A stretch of 64,000 bases of DNA from contig CBDCDA010000002.1 of assembly GCA_965215335.1 (NCBI GenBank), forward strand, positions 96,001 through 160,000, in the 5' to 3' direction. The number at the start of each line of letters is the position of its first letter. The stretch's first letter is position 1. The position numbers were made by a program, and so were the translations under genes. Below, piece after piece: positions 1-9,245 of the stretch. Source of the DNA: an uncultured Candidatus Entotheonella sp. (GTDB lineage: Bacteria > Tectomicrobia > Entotheonellia > Entotheonellales > Entotheonellaceae). Below the pieces are notes generated by a model. That model saw only the letters and a list, made by a program, of their open reading frames with translations, was not told the DNA's origin and searched no databases.

Positions 1-603
1 AAGGGCCGCCTGGTGTTCATGGGCCAGACTCGCCCGCGCAACCTGCGTCCCTATCACGTCGCCCGTCAGGGCATCGCGCGCACCTTCCAGAACGTGGCGC
101 TCTTCAAGGGCATGAGTACCCTCGACAACCTGATGACCGGGCGCGTTATGCACATGCGCAGCGGCCTGCTGAGCCAGGCGCTGTACTGGGGCCGCGCGCT
201 GCGCGAGGAGGAGCAGCATCGGGCGTACGTCGAGCGGGTGATCGACTTCCTGGAGATCGAGGCCATTCGCAAGACCCCGGTCGGGCGCCTGCCGTACGGC
301 CTGCAGAAGCGTGTCGAACTGGGCCGCGCCCTGGCCGCCGAACCGTGCCTGCTGCTGCTCGATGAACCGATGGCCGGCATGAACGTCGAGGAGAAGGAGG
401 ACATGTGCCGCTTCATCCTCGATATCCGCGACGAGTTTGACATCACCTGCGTGCTGATCGAGCACGACATGGGCGTGGTGATGGACATTTCGGACCGCGT
501 CGTGGTGCTCGACTATGGCCGCAAAATAGCCGACGGCTCGCCGGACGAGGTGCGCGTCAACCCGGCCGTCATCGACGCTTACCTGGGCGCGTCGCACGCC
601 TGA
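1..603 (+). CDS. Branched-chain amino acid-type ABC transporter ATP-binding subunit (LivG-like), 5' truncated by window
   Basis: Open frame from base 1; GIARTFQN, LPYGLQKRVELGRAL, LLLDEP Walker B, LIEHDM, C-terminal VIDAYLG. Confidence 0.9.
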   Translation, partial: KGRLVFMGQTRPRNLRPYHVARQGIARTFQNVALFKGMSTLDNLMTGRVMHMRSGLLSQALYWGRALREEEQHRAYVERVIDFLEIEAIRKTPVGRLPYGLQKRVELGRALAAEPCLLLLDEPMAGMNVEEKEDMCRFILDIRDEFDITCVLIEHDMGVVMDISDRVVVLDYGRKIADGSPDEVRVNPAVIDAYLGASHA

Positions 604-638
604 GGCCAACGCCAGATTTTCCCGAGGTATCCGTTTGC

Positions 639-1574
639 ATGGGCTTTTTCGATACCTGGTTCGTAGCGCCAGTCACGGAGATCCTGACGGCTCCGATTTT
701 CTTCTTCGAGGTCGTGCTCGGCGGACTCATGGCGGGCGTCATGTATTCGATGGTGGCGCTCGGCTTCGTGCTCATCTTCAAGGCCTCCGGCGTCTTCAAT
801 TTTTCCCAGGGCATCATGGTGCTGTTTGCCGCCCTGACGCTCGTCGGTCAGATGGAGCGCGGCGTGCCGCTTTGGGTGGCGCTGCCCGTCACCATTGCGG
901 TCATGGTGGCGCTGGCCTACGGCATCGAACGGCTGGTGCTGCGGCCGCTGGTCAACCAGGACCCCTTGACGCTGCTGATGGCGACCATCGGCCTGACGTT
1001 TCTCCTCGAAGGTCTTGGCGAGTTCCTGTGGGGCAGCAACGTCAAGCGCCTCGACCTGGGCATCCCGGACGACTCCTTCGAATTCGCCGGCATGCTGCTC
1101 AACGAGTTCGAGCTGTTCGCCGCACTGACCGCCGCGGTGTTGGTGGCCCTGCTGGCCGTGTTGTCCCAGAAGACGGCTATCGGTCGGGCGCTGCGCGCCG
1201 TGGCGGACGACCATCAGGCGGCCACCGCGGTGGGCATTCCGTTGCAGACGATCTGGGTGACGGTGTGGTCCGTGGCGGGATTGGTGGCGCTGGTTGCGGG
1301 CATCATGTGGGGGTCGAAGAGCGGCGTGCAGTTCAGCCTGTCGCTGATCGCGCTGAAGGCGCTGCCGGTGTTGATTCTCGGCGGCATCACGTCCATTCCC
1401 GGCGCCATTGTCGGCGGGCTCGTCATCGGTGTCGGGGAAAAGATCGGCGAGGTCTACTGGGGTCCGGCCTTTGGCGGCGCCATCGAGAACTGGTTCGCCT
1501 ACGTGCTGGCGATGGTCGTGCTGTTCTTCAGGCCGCACGGGCTGTTCGGCGAAGAAATCATCGAAAGGGTGTAA
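639..1574 (+). CDS. Branched-chain amino acid-type ABC transporter permease (LivH-like)
   Basis: YSMVALGFVLIFKASGVFNFSQG and GRALRAVADD motifs; multiple hydrophobic segments. Confidence 0.9.
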   Translation: MGFFDTWFVAPVTEILTAPIFFFEVVLGGLMAGVMYSMVALGFVLIFKASGVFNFSQGIMVLFAALTLVGQMERGVPLWVALPVTIAVMVALAYGIERLVLRPLVNQDPLTLLMATIGLTFLLEGLGEFLWGSNVKRLDLGIPDDSFEFAGMLLNEFELFAALTAAVLVALLAVLSQKTAIGRALRAVADDHQAATAVGIPLQTIWVTVWSVAGLVALVAGIMWGSKSGVQFSLSLIALKALPVLILGGITSIPGAIVGGLVIGVGEKIGEVYWGPAFGGAIENWFAYVLAMVVLFFRPHGLFGEEIIERV

Positions 1575-1576
1575 GC

Positions 1577-2653
1577 GTGCTGTATCGTGAGACCGGGCAA
1601 TTCAAAACGTCGTACCGGCGGGATCAGGCCATCTTCCCGATCGTCCAGGACCGCTGGTGCGTCGCGCTGGTGCTGGTGGCGGCGTACGGGGTCGTGCCGG
1701 CCCTGGCCAACGAGTACTGGCTGCAGGCCGTGCTCATCCCCTTCCTTGTCTATGCCCTGGCCGCCATCGGCCTCAATCTGCTCACCGGCTATACCGGTCA
1801 GTTGTCCCTGGGTACCGGCGGCTTCATGGCGGTTGGCGCCTACACCGCCTACAAATTGACCACCGCCCTGCCGGACCTGAACATCGTGGTCGTCTTCCTG
1901 TCTGCGGGCGTCGTGGCCGCCGCGGTCGGCCTGGTGTTCGGGCTGCCGAGCCTGCGCATCAAGGGGCTGTATCTGGCGGTGGCGACGCTGGCGGCACAAT
2001 TCTTCCTCATCTGGCTGTTCAACCGCGTTGCCTGGTTCTACAACTACAATCCGTCCGGCACCATCACGGCGCCGCCGCGGACCCTCCTGGGCGTCATGGT
2101 GACCGGCCCCGAAGCCACCGCCGCGGTGCGCTACCTGGTAGTACTGAGCTTCGTGGTGCTGTTCGCCCTGATCGCCAAGAACCTGGTGCGCAGCGAGATC
2201 GGCCGCACCTGGATGGCCATCCGCGACATGGACGTGGCGGCGGAAATCATTGGCATCCGGCCCCTGACGACCAAGCTGTCGGCGTTCGCTGTCAGCTCGT
2301 TCTACTGCGGCGTCGCCGGCGCCCTGATGCTGTTCGTCTACCTCGGCAGCGTCGAAACCCTTGCCTTCGACATCACCGTATCGTTCGAGGTGCTCTTCAT
2401 GGTCATCATCGGCGGCCTGGGCAGCATCCTCGGCTCCATCGTCGGGGCGGCGTTCATCACCATCCTGCCCATCTTCCTCACCAACGCGCCCCACCTCATT
2501 GGTCTCGAAATGCCCGTTGACCTCGCCAAGGAAATCGAGGCCATCGTCTTCGGCGGCTTCATCATCGCCTTCCTCGTCCTCGAACCCCGCGGCCTCGCCC
2601 GCCTGTGGCAGATCAGCAAGGAAAAGCTGCGTCGCTGGCCGTTTCCGTATTGA
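1577..2653 (+). CDS. Branched-chain amino acid-type ABC transporter permease (LivM-like)
   Basis: GTG at 1577 just after the upstream stop; GLNLLTGYTGQLSLG, GLPSLRIKGLYLAVATLA, VIIGGLGS motifs. Confidence 0.9.
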   Translation: MLYRETGQFKTSYRRDQAIFPIVQDRWCVALVLVAAYGVVPALANEYWLQAVLIPFLVYALAAIGLNLLTGYTGQLSLGTGGFMAVGAYTAYKLTTALPDLNIVVVFLSAGVVAAAVGLVFGLPSLRIKGLYLAVATLAAQFFLIWLFNRVAWFYNYNPSGTITAPPRTLLGVMVTGPEATAAVRYLVVLSFVVLFALIAKNLVRSEIGRTWMAIRDMDVAAEIIGIRPLTTKLSAFAVSSFYCGVAGALMLFVYLGSVETLAFDITVSFEVLFMVIIGGLGSILGSIVGAAFITILPIFLTNAPHLIGLEMPVDLAKEIEAIVFGGFIIAFLVLEPRGLARLWQISKEKLRRWPFPY

Positions 2654-2700
2654 TGCCGGCCAGCCCGCGGGGCCTGCCCAACGCGGGACTCCGTGAGTGC

Positions 2701-2775
2701 TCATGGCGTTCGCCAAGGGTTGATCACGTCAATGCCCAAACCGTCGAAATCCCCGACGTTACGGGTTGCCACAGC
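2701..2775 (-). pseudogene. C-terminal fragment of a PIN-domain (VapC-like) toxin
   Basis: Reverse strand reads AVATRNVGDFDGLGIDVINPWRTP*, matching the ATRN-x-x-DF...INPW tail of VapC proteins; no N-terminal part upstream. Confidence 0.65.
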
Positions 2776-2798
2776 CGATTGGTTGTTGTTGATCGGGG

Positions 2799-2850
2799 TT
2801 GGGGCCTGTCCCATTATGGCCAAGGTTGTGCAAATGTCCACAGGCCCTAA
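2799..2850. mobile_element. Miniature inverted-repeat element resembling fused IS5-family ends
   Basis: TTGGGGCCTGT (2799) ... ACAGGCCCTAA (2850), 10/11 inverted match; no coding capacity. Confidence 0.4.
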
Positions 2851-2990
2851 TCCGTCATGCAGGTTCACGGCTTCCCCATTTGCGTTCGTGCCGCGGGCGC
2901 GTTTACAATAGTCGCCACCCGATTCAGGACGACAACGGCGTATTCTGCCGATAAATCAATCAGTTACCAGCTTTCCGAGGGAGGTTTGTC

Positions 2991-4319
2991 ATGAAACGTA
3001 CCAAAACGCCCGGCGTGTTGGCCGGGGCGGTGGTGCTGGCGGTGGTGCTCCTGGTGGCTCCAGTATGGGGCCAGGCCGAGCAGTTCATCCCGCTTCTCGT
3101 TTACCGCACGGGGCCTTATGCGCCGAACGGCATCCCGGTGGCCAACGGCTATCTCGATTACATCAAGCTCCTCAACGCGCGCGACGGCGGCATCAACGGC
3201 GTCAAGATCACTTGGGAAGAGTGCGAGACGAAATACAACACCAAGCTGGGCGTCGAGTGCTACGAAAAGCTGAAGAACAGAGGCGCGCTGGGCGCCTCGC
3301 TGATCAACCCCTACAGCACCGGCATCACCTATCAGCTCATCCCCAAGGCGTCGGTGGACAAGCTGCCCATCCACTCGATGGGCTACGGACGCACGGCGGC
3401 GGCTGACGGGCGCATTTTCAAATGGACCTTCAATTTCCCCACCACGTATTGGAGCCAGGCGTCCACATTCGTCAAATACGTCGGGCAGCAGGAAGGCGGC
3501 ATGGAGGCGCTGAAGGGCAAGAAAATCGCGTTGGTGTACCACAACAGCCCGTACGGCAAGGAGCCGATTCCGACGCTGACGGTTCTGGCCGAAAAATACG
3601 GTTACGACCTCAAACTGCTCGCCGTCGATCATCCGGGGCAGGAACAGAAATCCACCTGGCTGCAGGTGCGCCGCTACCGTCCGGACTGGATTTTCATGTG
3701 GGGCTGGGGCGTCATGAATCAGGTGGCGATCAAGGAAGCCGCCTCGGTCCGCTACCCGATGGACCGCTTCATCGGTGTGTGGTGGTCGGGCACCGAGTCG
3801 GACGTCGTACCCGCGGGTGAGGGCGCCATCGGCTACAAGGCTGGCAACTTCCACGGCGCCGGGGCGGGCTTTCCGGTGCACGAGGCCATCCTGTCGCACG
3901 TGTACGGCGGCGACCAAGCGGCAGCCGCGGGCAACAATTTCGGCGAGGTGCTGTACAACCGCGGCATGATGAACGCCGTGTACGACACCGAGGCCATTCG
4001 CACGGCCATGGGACGCTTCGGCAACCAGCCGATGACGGGCGAACAGGTGCGCTGGGGGCTGGAAAACCTGGAACTCACCACGGCGCGCCTTGCCGAACTC
4101 GGCTTGGCCGACTTTGCCAGACCCATCAAGATCACCTGCGAGGACCACGAAGGCAATGGGCCCGTGTATATCCAGCAGTGGAACGGCCGCACGTGGGACA
4201 AGGTGAGCGACTGGATTACCCCGATGCGCGAGGTAGTGCGGGCGCAGATCGAGAAAGCTGCGGCGGAATACGCCAAGGAAAACAACATTACGCCGCGCGA
4301 TTGCGCCTCGGAAGGGTAA
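2991..4319 (+). CDS. ABC transporter substrate-binding protein (LivK/LivJ-like)
   Basis: GGAGG RBS; signal peptide; YRTGPYAPNG, DGGINGVKI motifs; lies within the transporter operon. Confidence 0.9.
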   Translation: MKRTKTPGVLAGAVVLAVVLLVAPVWGQAEQFIPLLVYRTGPYAPNGIPVANGYLDYIKLLNARDGGINGVKITWEECETKYNTKLGVECYEKLKNRGALGASLINPYSTGITYQLIPKASVDKLPIHSMGYGRTAAADGRIFKWTFNFPTTYWSQASTFVKYVGQQEGGMEALKGKKIALVYHNSPYGKEPIPTLTVLAEKYGYDLKLLAVDHPGQEQKSTWLQVRRYRPDWIFMWGWGVMNQVAIKEAASVRYPMDRFIGVWWSGTESDVVPAGEGAIGYKAGNFHGAGAGFPVHEAILSHVYGGDQAAAAGNNFGEVLYNRGMMNAVYDTEAIRTAMGRFGNQPMTGEQVRWGLENLELTTARLAELGLADFARPIKITCEDHEGNGPVYIQQWNGRTWDKVSDWITPMREVVRAQIEKAAAEYAKENNITPRDCASEG

Positions 4320-4321
4320 AT

Positions 4322-5161
4322 GTGGAGCGCCTTGTGACTGCCGCCACGCATGCCTCGATCCAGACGCTCTTGAACGTCAACAACATCGAGGTGATCTACG
4401 ATCACGTCATCCTCGTTCTCAAGGGCGTCTCCCTGCGAGTCCCGGAGGGGCGCATCGTCACCCTGCTCGGCGCCAACGGGGCGGGCAAGACGACGACGCT
4501 GAAAGCCATCTCCAACCTGCTGCGCGTCGAGCGCGGGGAGGTCACCAAGGGCAGCATCGAATACCGGGGCCAGCGGGTCGACCGGCTCAACCCGTCGGCC
4601 CTGGTGCGCCAAGGCATCATCCAGGTAATGGAGGGGCGCCACCCGTTCGGGCACCTCACCTGCGAAGAGAACCTGCTGACGGGCGCCTACACGCGGCACG
4701 ACGGGCGCACGGCGCTGCAACGGGACATGGACATGGTGTACACCTACTTCCCGCGGCTGGCCGAGCGGCGGCATGCGAAGGCCGGTTACGTGTCGGGCGG
4801 CGAGCAGCAGATGATGGTCATCGGACGCGCCCTGATGGCCCGTCCCAGGCTCATCCTGCTGGACGAGCCGTCCATGGGCTTGGCGCCGCAGCTGGTGGCG
4901 GAAATTTTCGACATCGTGGCGCGCCTCAACCGCGAAGAGGGCGTCAGCTTTCTTCTGGCCGAGCAGAACGCCACGGTGGCGCTGCGGGTCGCCGATTACG
5001 GCTACGTGCTTGAAAACGGCAGGGTGGTGCTGGACGGCGACGCCGAGACCCTGCGCACCAACGAGGACGTGAAGGAGTTTTATCTGGGACTGAGTACCGC
5101 CGGGCGCCGCAGCTACCGCGACGTCAAACACTATCGGCGCCGCAAACGCTGGCTCGCCTGA
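4322..5161 (+). CDS. Branched-chain amino acid-type ABC transporter ATP-binding subunit (LivF-like)
   Basis: Walker A GANGAGKT, SGGEQQM signature, LLDEPSMGLAP; start approximate (GTG 4322 or 4334). Confidence 0.9.
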   Translation: MERLVTAATHASIQTLLNVNNIEVIYDHVILVLKGVSLRVPEGRIVTLLGANGAGKTTTLKAISNLLRVERGEVTKGSIEYRGQRVDRLNPSALVRQGIIQVMEGRHPFGHLTCEENLLTGAYTRHDGRTALQRDMDMVYTYFPRLAERRHAKAGYVSGGEQQMMVIGRALMARPRLILLDEPSMGLAPQLVAEIFDIVARLNREEGVSFLLAEQNATVALRVADYGYVLENGRVVLDGDAETLRTNEDVKEFYLGLSTAGRRSYRDVKHYRRRKRWLA

Positions 5162-5191
5162 GGTCGGCACGGGCGCGGGAGGACACGGCAA

Positions 5192-6016
5192 ATGGACAAC
5201 AGGCAACGCGAAGCCGGTGCCGCGGCGGCGAGTTTCTACGACGCGCTGCGCAGCGGCTCGGTGTCATCGGCCGCGCTGGGATACGGCGGCGATTTCATCG
5301 GTCAGGAATGCACCCTGCTGCCGCGGGAAATGCTTGTCTTCGCGCGCCGGGCCGGGGTTGGCGCCGGAACGTCGGTTCTGGACGTGGGCAGCGGCACCGG
5401 CGGCCCGGCCTGCTTCTTTGCCGAGCAGCTCGGCTGCCGAGTGCTCGGCGTCGACGTTTCCGCCGTTGGTCACGAACGGGCCGTGGCGCGGGCGCAGGAA
5501 GCCGGCCTCGACGACCGGGTGCAGTTTCGCCTCGGCGACATCCAGGACATTGACCTCCCGTCCGACTCGTTCGAGGTCGTCATCACCTACGACACCTGGT
5601 GCCACATCCCACAGCGCGCGGCCCTGATACAGCGCTGCGCCGCCCTCCTGAAGCCCGGCGGCCGCATGGCGATTTATGATCACGTGGAGCGGCGTCCGCT
5701 GCCCGCCGAGAGGCGCGAGCACTTCTTCACGGCCTGGCATTTTCCCGTACTGGAGACGCCCCGGAGCTACGTCGAGTCGCTTGTGGCGGCGGGCCTGCGC
5801 CTGACCGTCCGGGACGTGTCGTCTGCTTATGCCGCGCGGTTTTACACCCGGCTCGTTGAGGGATTCACCGCACAACGCGAAGAGTTCGAGGCCATCCGGG
5901 GCACCGAGCGGTATCTCGAAGGGCTCGACCGCTTGCAGATGAGCCAGCAATACGCCACCTCCGGACGGCTTGGGCAGGTGGCCTACATTGCCGAGAAACC
6001 CAGCACGAACCCCTAA
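5192..6016 (+). CDS. Class I SAM-dependent methyltransferase
   Basis: VLDVGSGTGG motif I, VLGVDVS, FEVVIT, LLKPGG motifs. Confidence 0.85.
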   Translation: MDNRQREAGAAAASFYDALRSGSVSSAALGYGGDFIGQECTLLPREMLVFARRAGVGAGTSVLDVGSGTGGPACFFAEQLGCRVLGVDVSAVGHERAVARAQEAGLDDRVQFRLGDIQDIDLPSDSFEVVITYDTWCHIPQRAALIQRCAALLKPGGRMAIYDHVERRPLPAERREHFFTAWHFPVLETPRSYVESLVAAGLRLTVRDVSSAYAARFYTRLVEGFTAQREEFEAIRGTERYLEGLDRLQMSQQYATSGRLGQVAYIAEKPSTNP

Positions 6017-7365
6017 TCACGGATTTTTGCAAGAAAGCTCTCCCAAGCCGCCGTGAAGCTGTCGAGTTCATGGCGGCCCATGGGCGTCGAGATGTTGCCT
6101 ACCAGCCGGCTGTTCACGCAGATTCCCTCATTCAGCAAATGCAGGAAGAGTTTCTGGCGCAGGGCCTCGTCCTGCCCTTGGGCGCTGCGATAGGTCGTCA
6201 CCGGACGGTCCGTCAGTTGCACGCCGAAGAACGACGCGATGCCGCTGATGCGGATCGGCACCTTGGCGCTGCGCGCCATCTCCTCGAGACGGTGCCGCAG
6301 GGTTTCGCCGCGCTCGTTGATCTGCTCGTAGACCACCGGGGTGAGCTGGCGCATGGTGGCCAGGCCGGCCTGCATGGTCATGGGATTGGCGTTGAACGTG
6401 CCACCGTGCGGGATGGCGGGCGCCCCGCCGGTGGCGTCGAAGGCCGCCATGACGTCTGCTCTGCCGCCGAACGCTCCCACCGGCATGCCGCCGCCGATGA
6501 TCTTGCCGAGGCAGCTCACGTCCGGCACAATGTCGTACCACTGCTGGGCGCCGCCGGGGGTCATGCGCAGCGTTTGTACCTCGTCGAAGATGAGCAGGGT
6601 GCGCTGTCCGTCGCACGCCTCGCGCAATGCTTCCAGGAACGCCGCTTCGGCGGGCACGTAGCCGATGCCGGCCATGACGGGCTCGACGATCACGGCGGCC
6701 AGGTCGTCATGGTGCCGCGCGATGATGCGCCGGGCCGCCGCGGCATCGTTGAACGGGATGATCACCACGTCGTCCAGCGTGCTGGCCGTCAGCCCCTGCG
6801 AGCTCGGCACCGGGCGGGGCGTTTCTTCGCTCCCCGCCTCCGACACGCGCAGCGTCACGCTGATGCTGGCGTGGTCACTGGTGCCGTGATAGGCGCCCTC
6901 CGTTTTGGCGATTTTCGACTTGCCGGTAAACGCCCGCGCCGCCCGCAGCGCCAACGCCACGCCCTCCGTGCCACTGTTCGTAAAGCGCAATTGCTGCAGC
7001 GACGGCACCACCGCGGTCAGCAGGGCGGCCAGTTCCACCTCCGGCTCGGTCGGGTTGGCGAAAGCGGTGCCCTTTTCCACCTGCGCCTGCAGCGCCGCGG
7101 TGACCTGCGCATCCCGGTGCCCGAGGATCAGCGAGGTGGCGTTGTTGTAGAAATCGAGGCGCTCGTTGCCGTCCACGTCGCGCAGCACGCAGCCCTCGCC
7201 GTGTTCAACGTAGAAAGGAAACGGCTTGAAAAAGGCCGTCAGGCGCGAGTTTCCCCCGGCCAGAACCCGTTGTGCTTCAGTAAACCGCGCCGCCGAGCGC
7301 GGGTTGCGCTGGCGGTAGGCCGCCGCCTCGGCGGCGTAGCCGTATACGGATGTGGATGCCGTCAT
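6013..7365 (-). CDS. Class III PLP aminotransferase (glutamate-1-semialdehyde aminomutase-like)
   Basis: ATG at 7365 after GAGGA; RFTNSGTE, LIFDEVQT, LGKIIGGGMPVGAFGG (PLP lysine), HGGTFNANP. Confidence 0.85.
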   Translation of the reverse strand: MTASTSVYGYAAEAAAYRQRNPRSAARFTEAQRVLAGGNSRLTAFFKPFPFYVEHGEGCVLRDVDGNERLDFYNNATSLILGHRDAQVTAALQAQVEKGTAFANPTEPEVELAALLTAVVPSLQQLRFTNSGTEGVALALRAARAFTGKSKIAKTEGAYHGTSDHASISVTLRVSEAGSEETPRPVPSSQGLTASTLDDVVIIPFNDAAAARRIIARHHDDLAAVIVEPVMAGIGYVPAEAAFLEALREACDGQRTLLIFDEVQTLRMTPGGAQQWYDIVPDVSCLGKIIGGGMPVGAFGGRADVMAAFDATGGAPAIPHGGTFNANPMTMQAGLATMRQLTPVVYEQINERGETLRHRLEEMARSAKVPIRISGIASFFGVQLTDRPVTTYRSAQGQDEALRQKLFLHLLNEGICVNSRLVGNISTPMGRHELDSFTAAWESFLAKIRD

Positions 7366-7384
7366 GTCACGGTCCTCTCTGTAG

Positions 7385-7410
7385 GTAGGGGCGGGTTTTC
7401 CAACCCGCCC
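7385..7410 (+). repeat. REP-like GTAG-led palindrome
   Basis: GTAG followed by GGGCGGGTT-TTCC-AACCCGCCC, a perfect 9-bp stem, in an intergenic region. Confidence 0.55.
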
Positions 7411-7517
7411 GCTAGGGGCAGGCCGACACCCCGGAAACGTCACGGCAACAGTCTGCCCGCTCCACCGCTTGCTGGCAATGCCATTTTCTCCTCTCTTCTC
7501 GAACAGGGAAAACAGCG

Positions 7518-8609
7518 ATGAACACCCAGTGGTTACTCGCACGCACGCCGCCCGACGGGCTGCCGGTGGGCGACGACTTGAGGCTGACCGAGACCCCCAT
7601 TCCCAGCCCCGGCGCCAACCAGATGCTGACACGCACGATCTACCTGTCGCTGGACCCGTATCAGTGGGGGCGACGGCGCAGTGGCTTGGAAGCCGTGGGC
7701 GAGGTCTGTCACGGGCGCACCGTTTCGCAGGTGGTTGCAAGCAACCTGACGGCCTACCGCGAGGGCGATTTCGTCTTTAACACGAACGGCTGGCAGGCTT
7801 ATGGCCGCACGGGTGAGGGCATTTCGGTGTTCACCTACATGTTCCCGCGCAAGATCGACCCCGCGCTGGCCCCCATCTCCACAGCCGTCGGCGTGCTGGG
7901 CATGCTCGGCCTGACGGCCTACGCGGGGATGTACGTCCAGTGTGCGCCCAAAGTCGGGGAGACAGTCGTGGTGTCGGCGGCTTCCGGCGGGGTCGGGCAG
8001 ATCGCCGGCCAGATTGCCAAGTTTCTCGGCTGCCGCGTGGTGGGAATCGCCGGCGCCCCGAACAAGTGCGCCTTCGTGACCGAGGTCCTGGGTTTTGACG
8101 CCTGTGTGTCGCACAAGAGACCGGATTTACCGGAAGCGCTGGCCGCGGCGTGTCCTGACGGCATCGACGCCTACTTCGAGAACGTCGGCGGCAAGGTGTT
8201 CGAAGCCGTCCTGCCGCTGCTCAATCGGCGTTCGCGCATCAGCCTCTGCGGCCTGGTCTCGCAGTACGGCAACCCGTCCCACGACGACCCGCACGAGGCG
8301 TGGCGCAGCCGGGGGCAATCGGCGTTTCAGCGCCACAACGTAGCGGTGCACCAGCTTGTTGTCGGGAACTTCGTGGCCACGCACCAGGAGCCATTTCTCG
8401 CCGACATGGCGGGCTGGATTCGAGACGGACGGGTCAAATACAAGGAGGATTTGTGGCCGGGGCTGTGGCAAGCCCCTGCGGCGTTCCGGGCCATGCTGGA
8501 AGGCGGCAACTTTGGCAAGACGCTGGTGGGCGTCGGGGACGATCCCACGCTTGACGAAAACCTGAAGACCCGACGGGCAAGCGATAACGTGCTGGGGGCG
8601 GCGTCTTGA
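7518..8609 (+). CDS. NADP-dependent oxidoreductase (prostaglandin reductase/CurA-like MDR family)
   Basis: YLSLDPY, LGMLGLTAYAG, VVVSAASGGVG, DGIDAYFENVGG, GGNFGK motifs. Confidence 0.9.
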   Translation: MNTQWLLARTPPDGLPVGDDLRLTETPIPSPGANQMLTRTIYLSLDPYQWGRRRSGLEAVGEVCHGRTVSQVVASNLTAYREGDFVFNTNGWQAYGRTGEGISVFTYMFPRKIDPALAPISTAVGVLGMLGLTAYAGMYVQCAPKVGETVVVSAASGGVGQIAGQIAKFLGCRVVGIAGAPNKCAFVTEVLGFDACVSHKRPDLPEALAAACPDGIDAYFENVGGKVFEAVLPLLNRRSRISLCGLVSQYGNPSHDDPHEAWRSRGQSAFQRHNVAVHQLVVGNFVATHQEPFLADMAGWIRDGRVKYKEDLWPGLWQAPAAFRAMLEGGNFGKTLVGVGDDPTLDENLKTRRASDNVLGAAS

Positions 8610-8624
8610 AGGGCGTTGAATGGC

Positions 8625-8660
8625 GGAACGTCGGATCGTGCCGCGCTGATTCGACCTGCA
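8625..8660 (-). repeat. REP-like palindromic repeat, copy 1 (related copy at 35326-35361)
   Basis: Reverse complement TGCAGGTCGAATCAGCGCGGCACGATCCGACGTTCC aligns with the copy at 35.3 kb. Confidence 0.6.
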
Positions 8661-8687
8661 CTGAATTGAAAAGCCGCACCACCGCAC

Positions 8688-9245
8688 TCAGTCCCGACCG
8701 GGGCCATTGGGCGATTGTGGAGGCGCCGTTGGCTCAGCACCGAACGCTGCGGGACTGGCCTTCCGCTCCAATTCACGACTCTTGTGGCGTTTTGACCAGA
8801 CAAACACGCCCGCCAGAGCGGCAAGAGCGGACAGGCTGATCGCTGCTCCCGAGACAGATTTATCGAAGGCCATAAGACCGATGCCACCCATGAGAGCGAT
8901 CGTTACGATAACAAACCCGAAGATTTGGCCTCGTGACTCCAACCGCACATTAGAATCCACGACTTTCGATTCGATGGCGCGTCGATGGCCCGCCTGTAAT
9001 TCAGCCATTCGAAGAATACGTTCAGCTGCTCCAGGAGCTATTCCCTCGTATTCCGAAAGATGCTCTGGGAGGGGAAGCGGACCCGCAAAGTGAGCCTGGA
9101 CTACCTGCGTTTCTTGTATTTGGAGTTCGGTGGTTTTGTCGATTCCTGAAGGCAGGGTGGGCCTACGCAGTGCCTGTTGATCAGCGGATTGAGGTGCAGT
9201 TGTCGTTTGTCGTGGATTGTTGCGCCTGTTACGTCTGCGGCTCAC
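8688..9245 (-). CDS. DUF2335-like predicted membrane protein
   Basis: FAGPLPLPEHLSEYEGIAPGAAERILRMAELQAGHR motif followed by two hydrophobic helices; GTG 9245 with AAGGGA RBS; lower GC than flanks. Confidence 0.75.
   Translation of the reverse strand: MSRRRNRRNNPRQTTTAPQSADQQALRRPTLPSGIDKTTELQIQETQVVQAHFAGPLPLPEHLSEYEGIAPGAAERILRMAELQAGHRRAIESKVVDSNVRLESRGQIFGFVIVTIALMGGIGLMAFDKSVSGAAISLSALAALAGVFVWSKRHKSRELERKASPAAFGAEPTAPPQSPNGPGRD

Noticed and set aside
635..1576. 672-aa ORF suggesting a long N-terminal extension on the LivM-like permease
   Set aside because: The extension is an alternative frame overlapping the LivH-like gene; permease motifs start at GTG 1577
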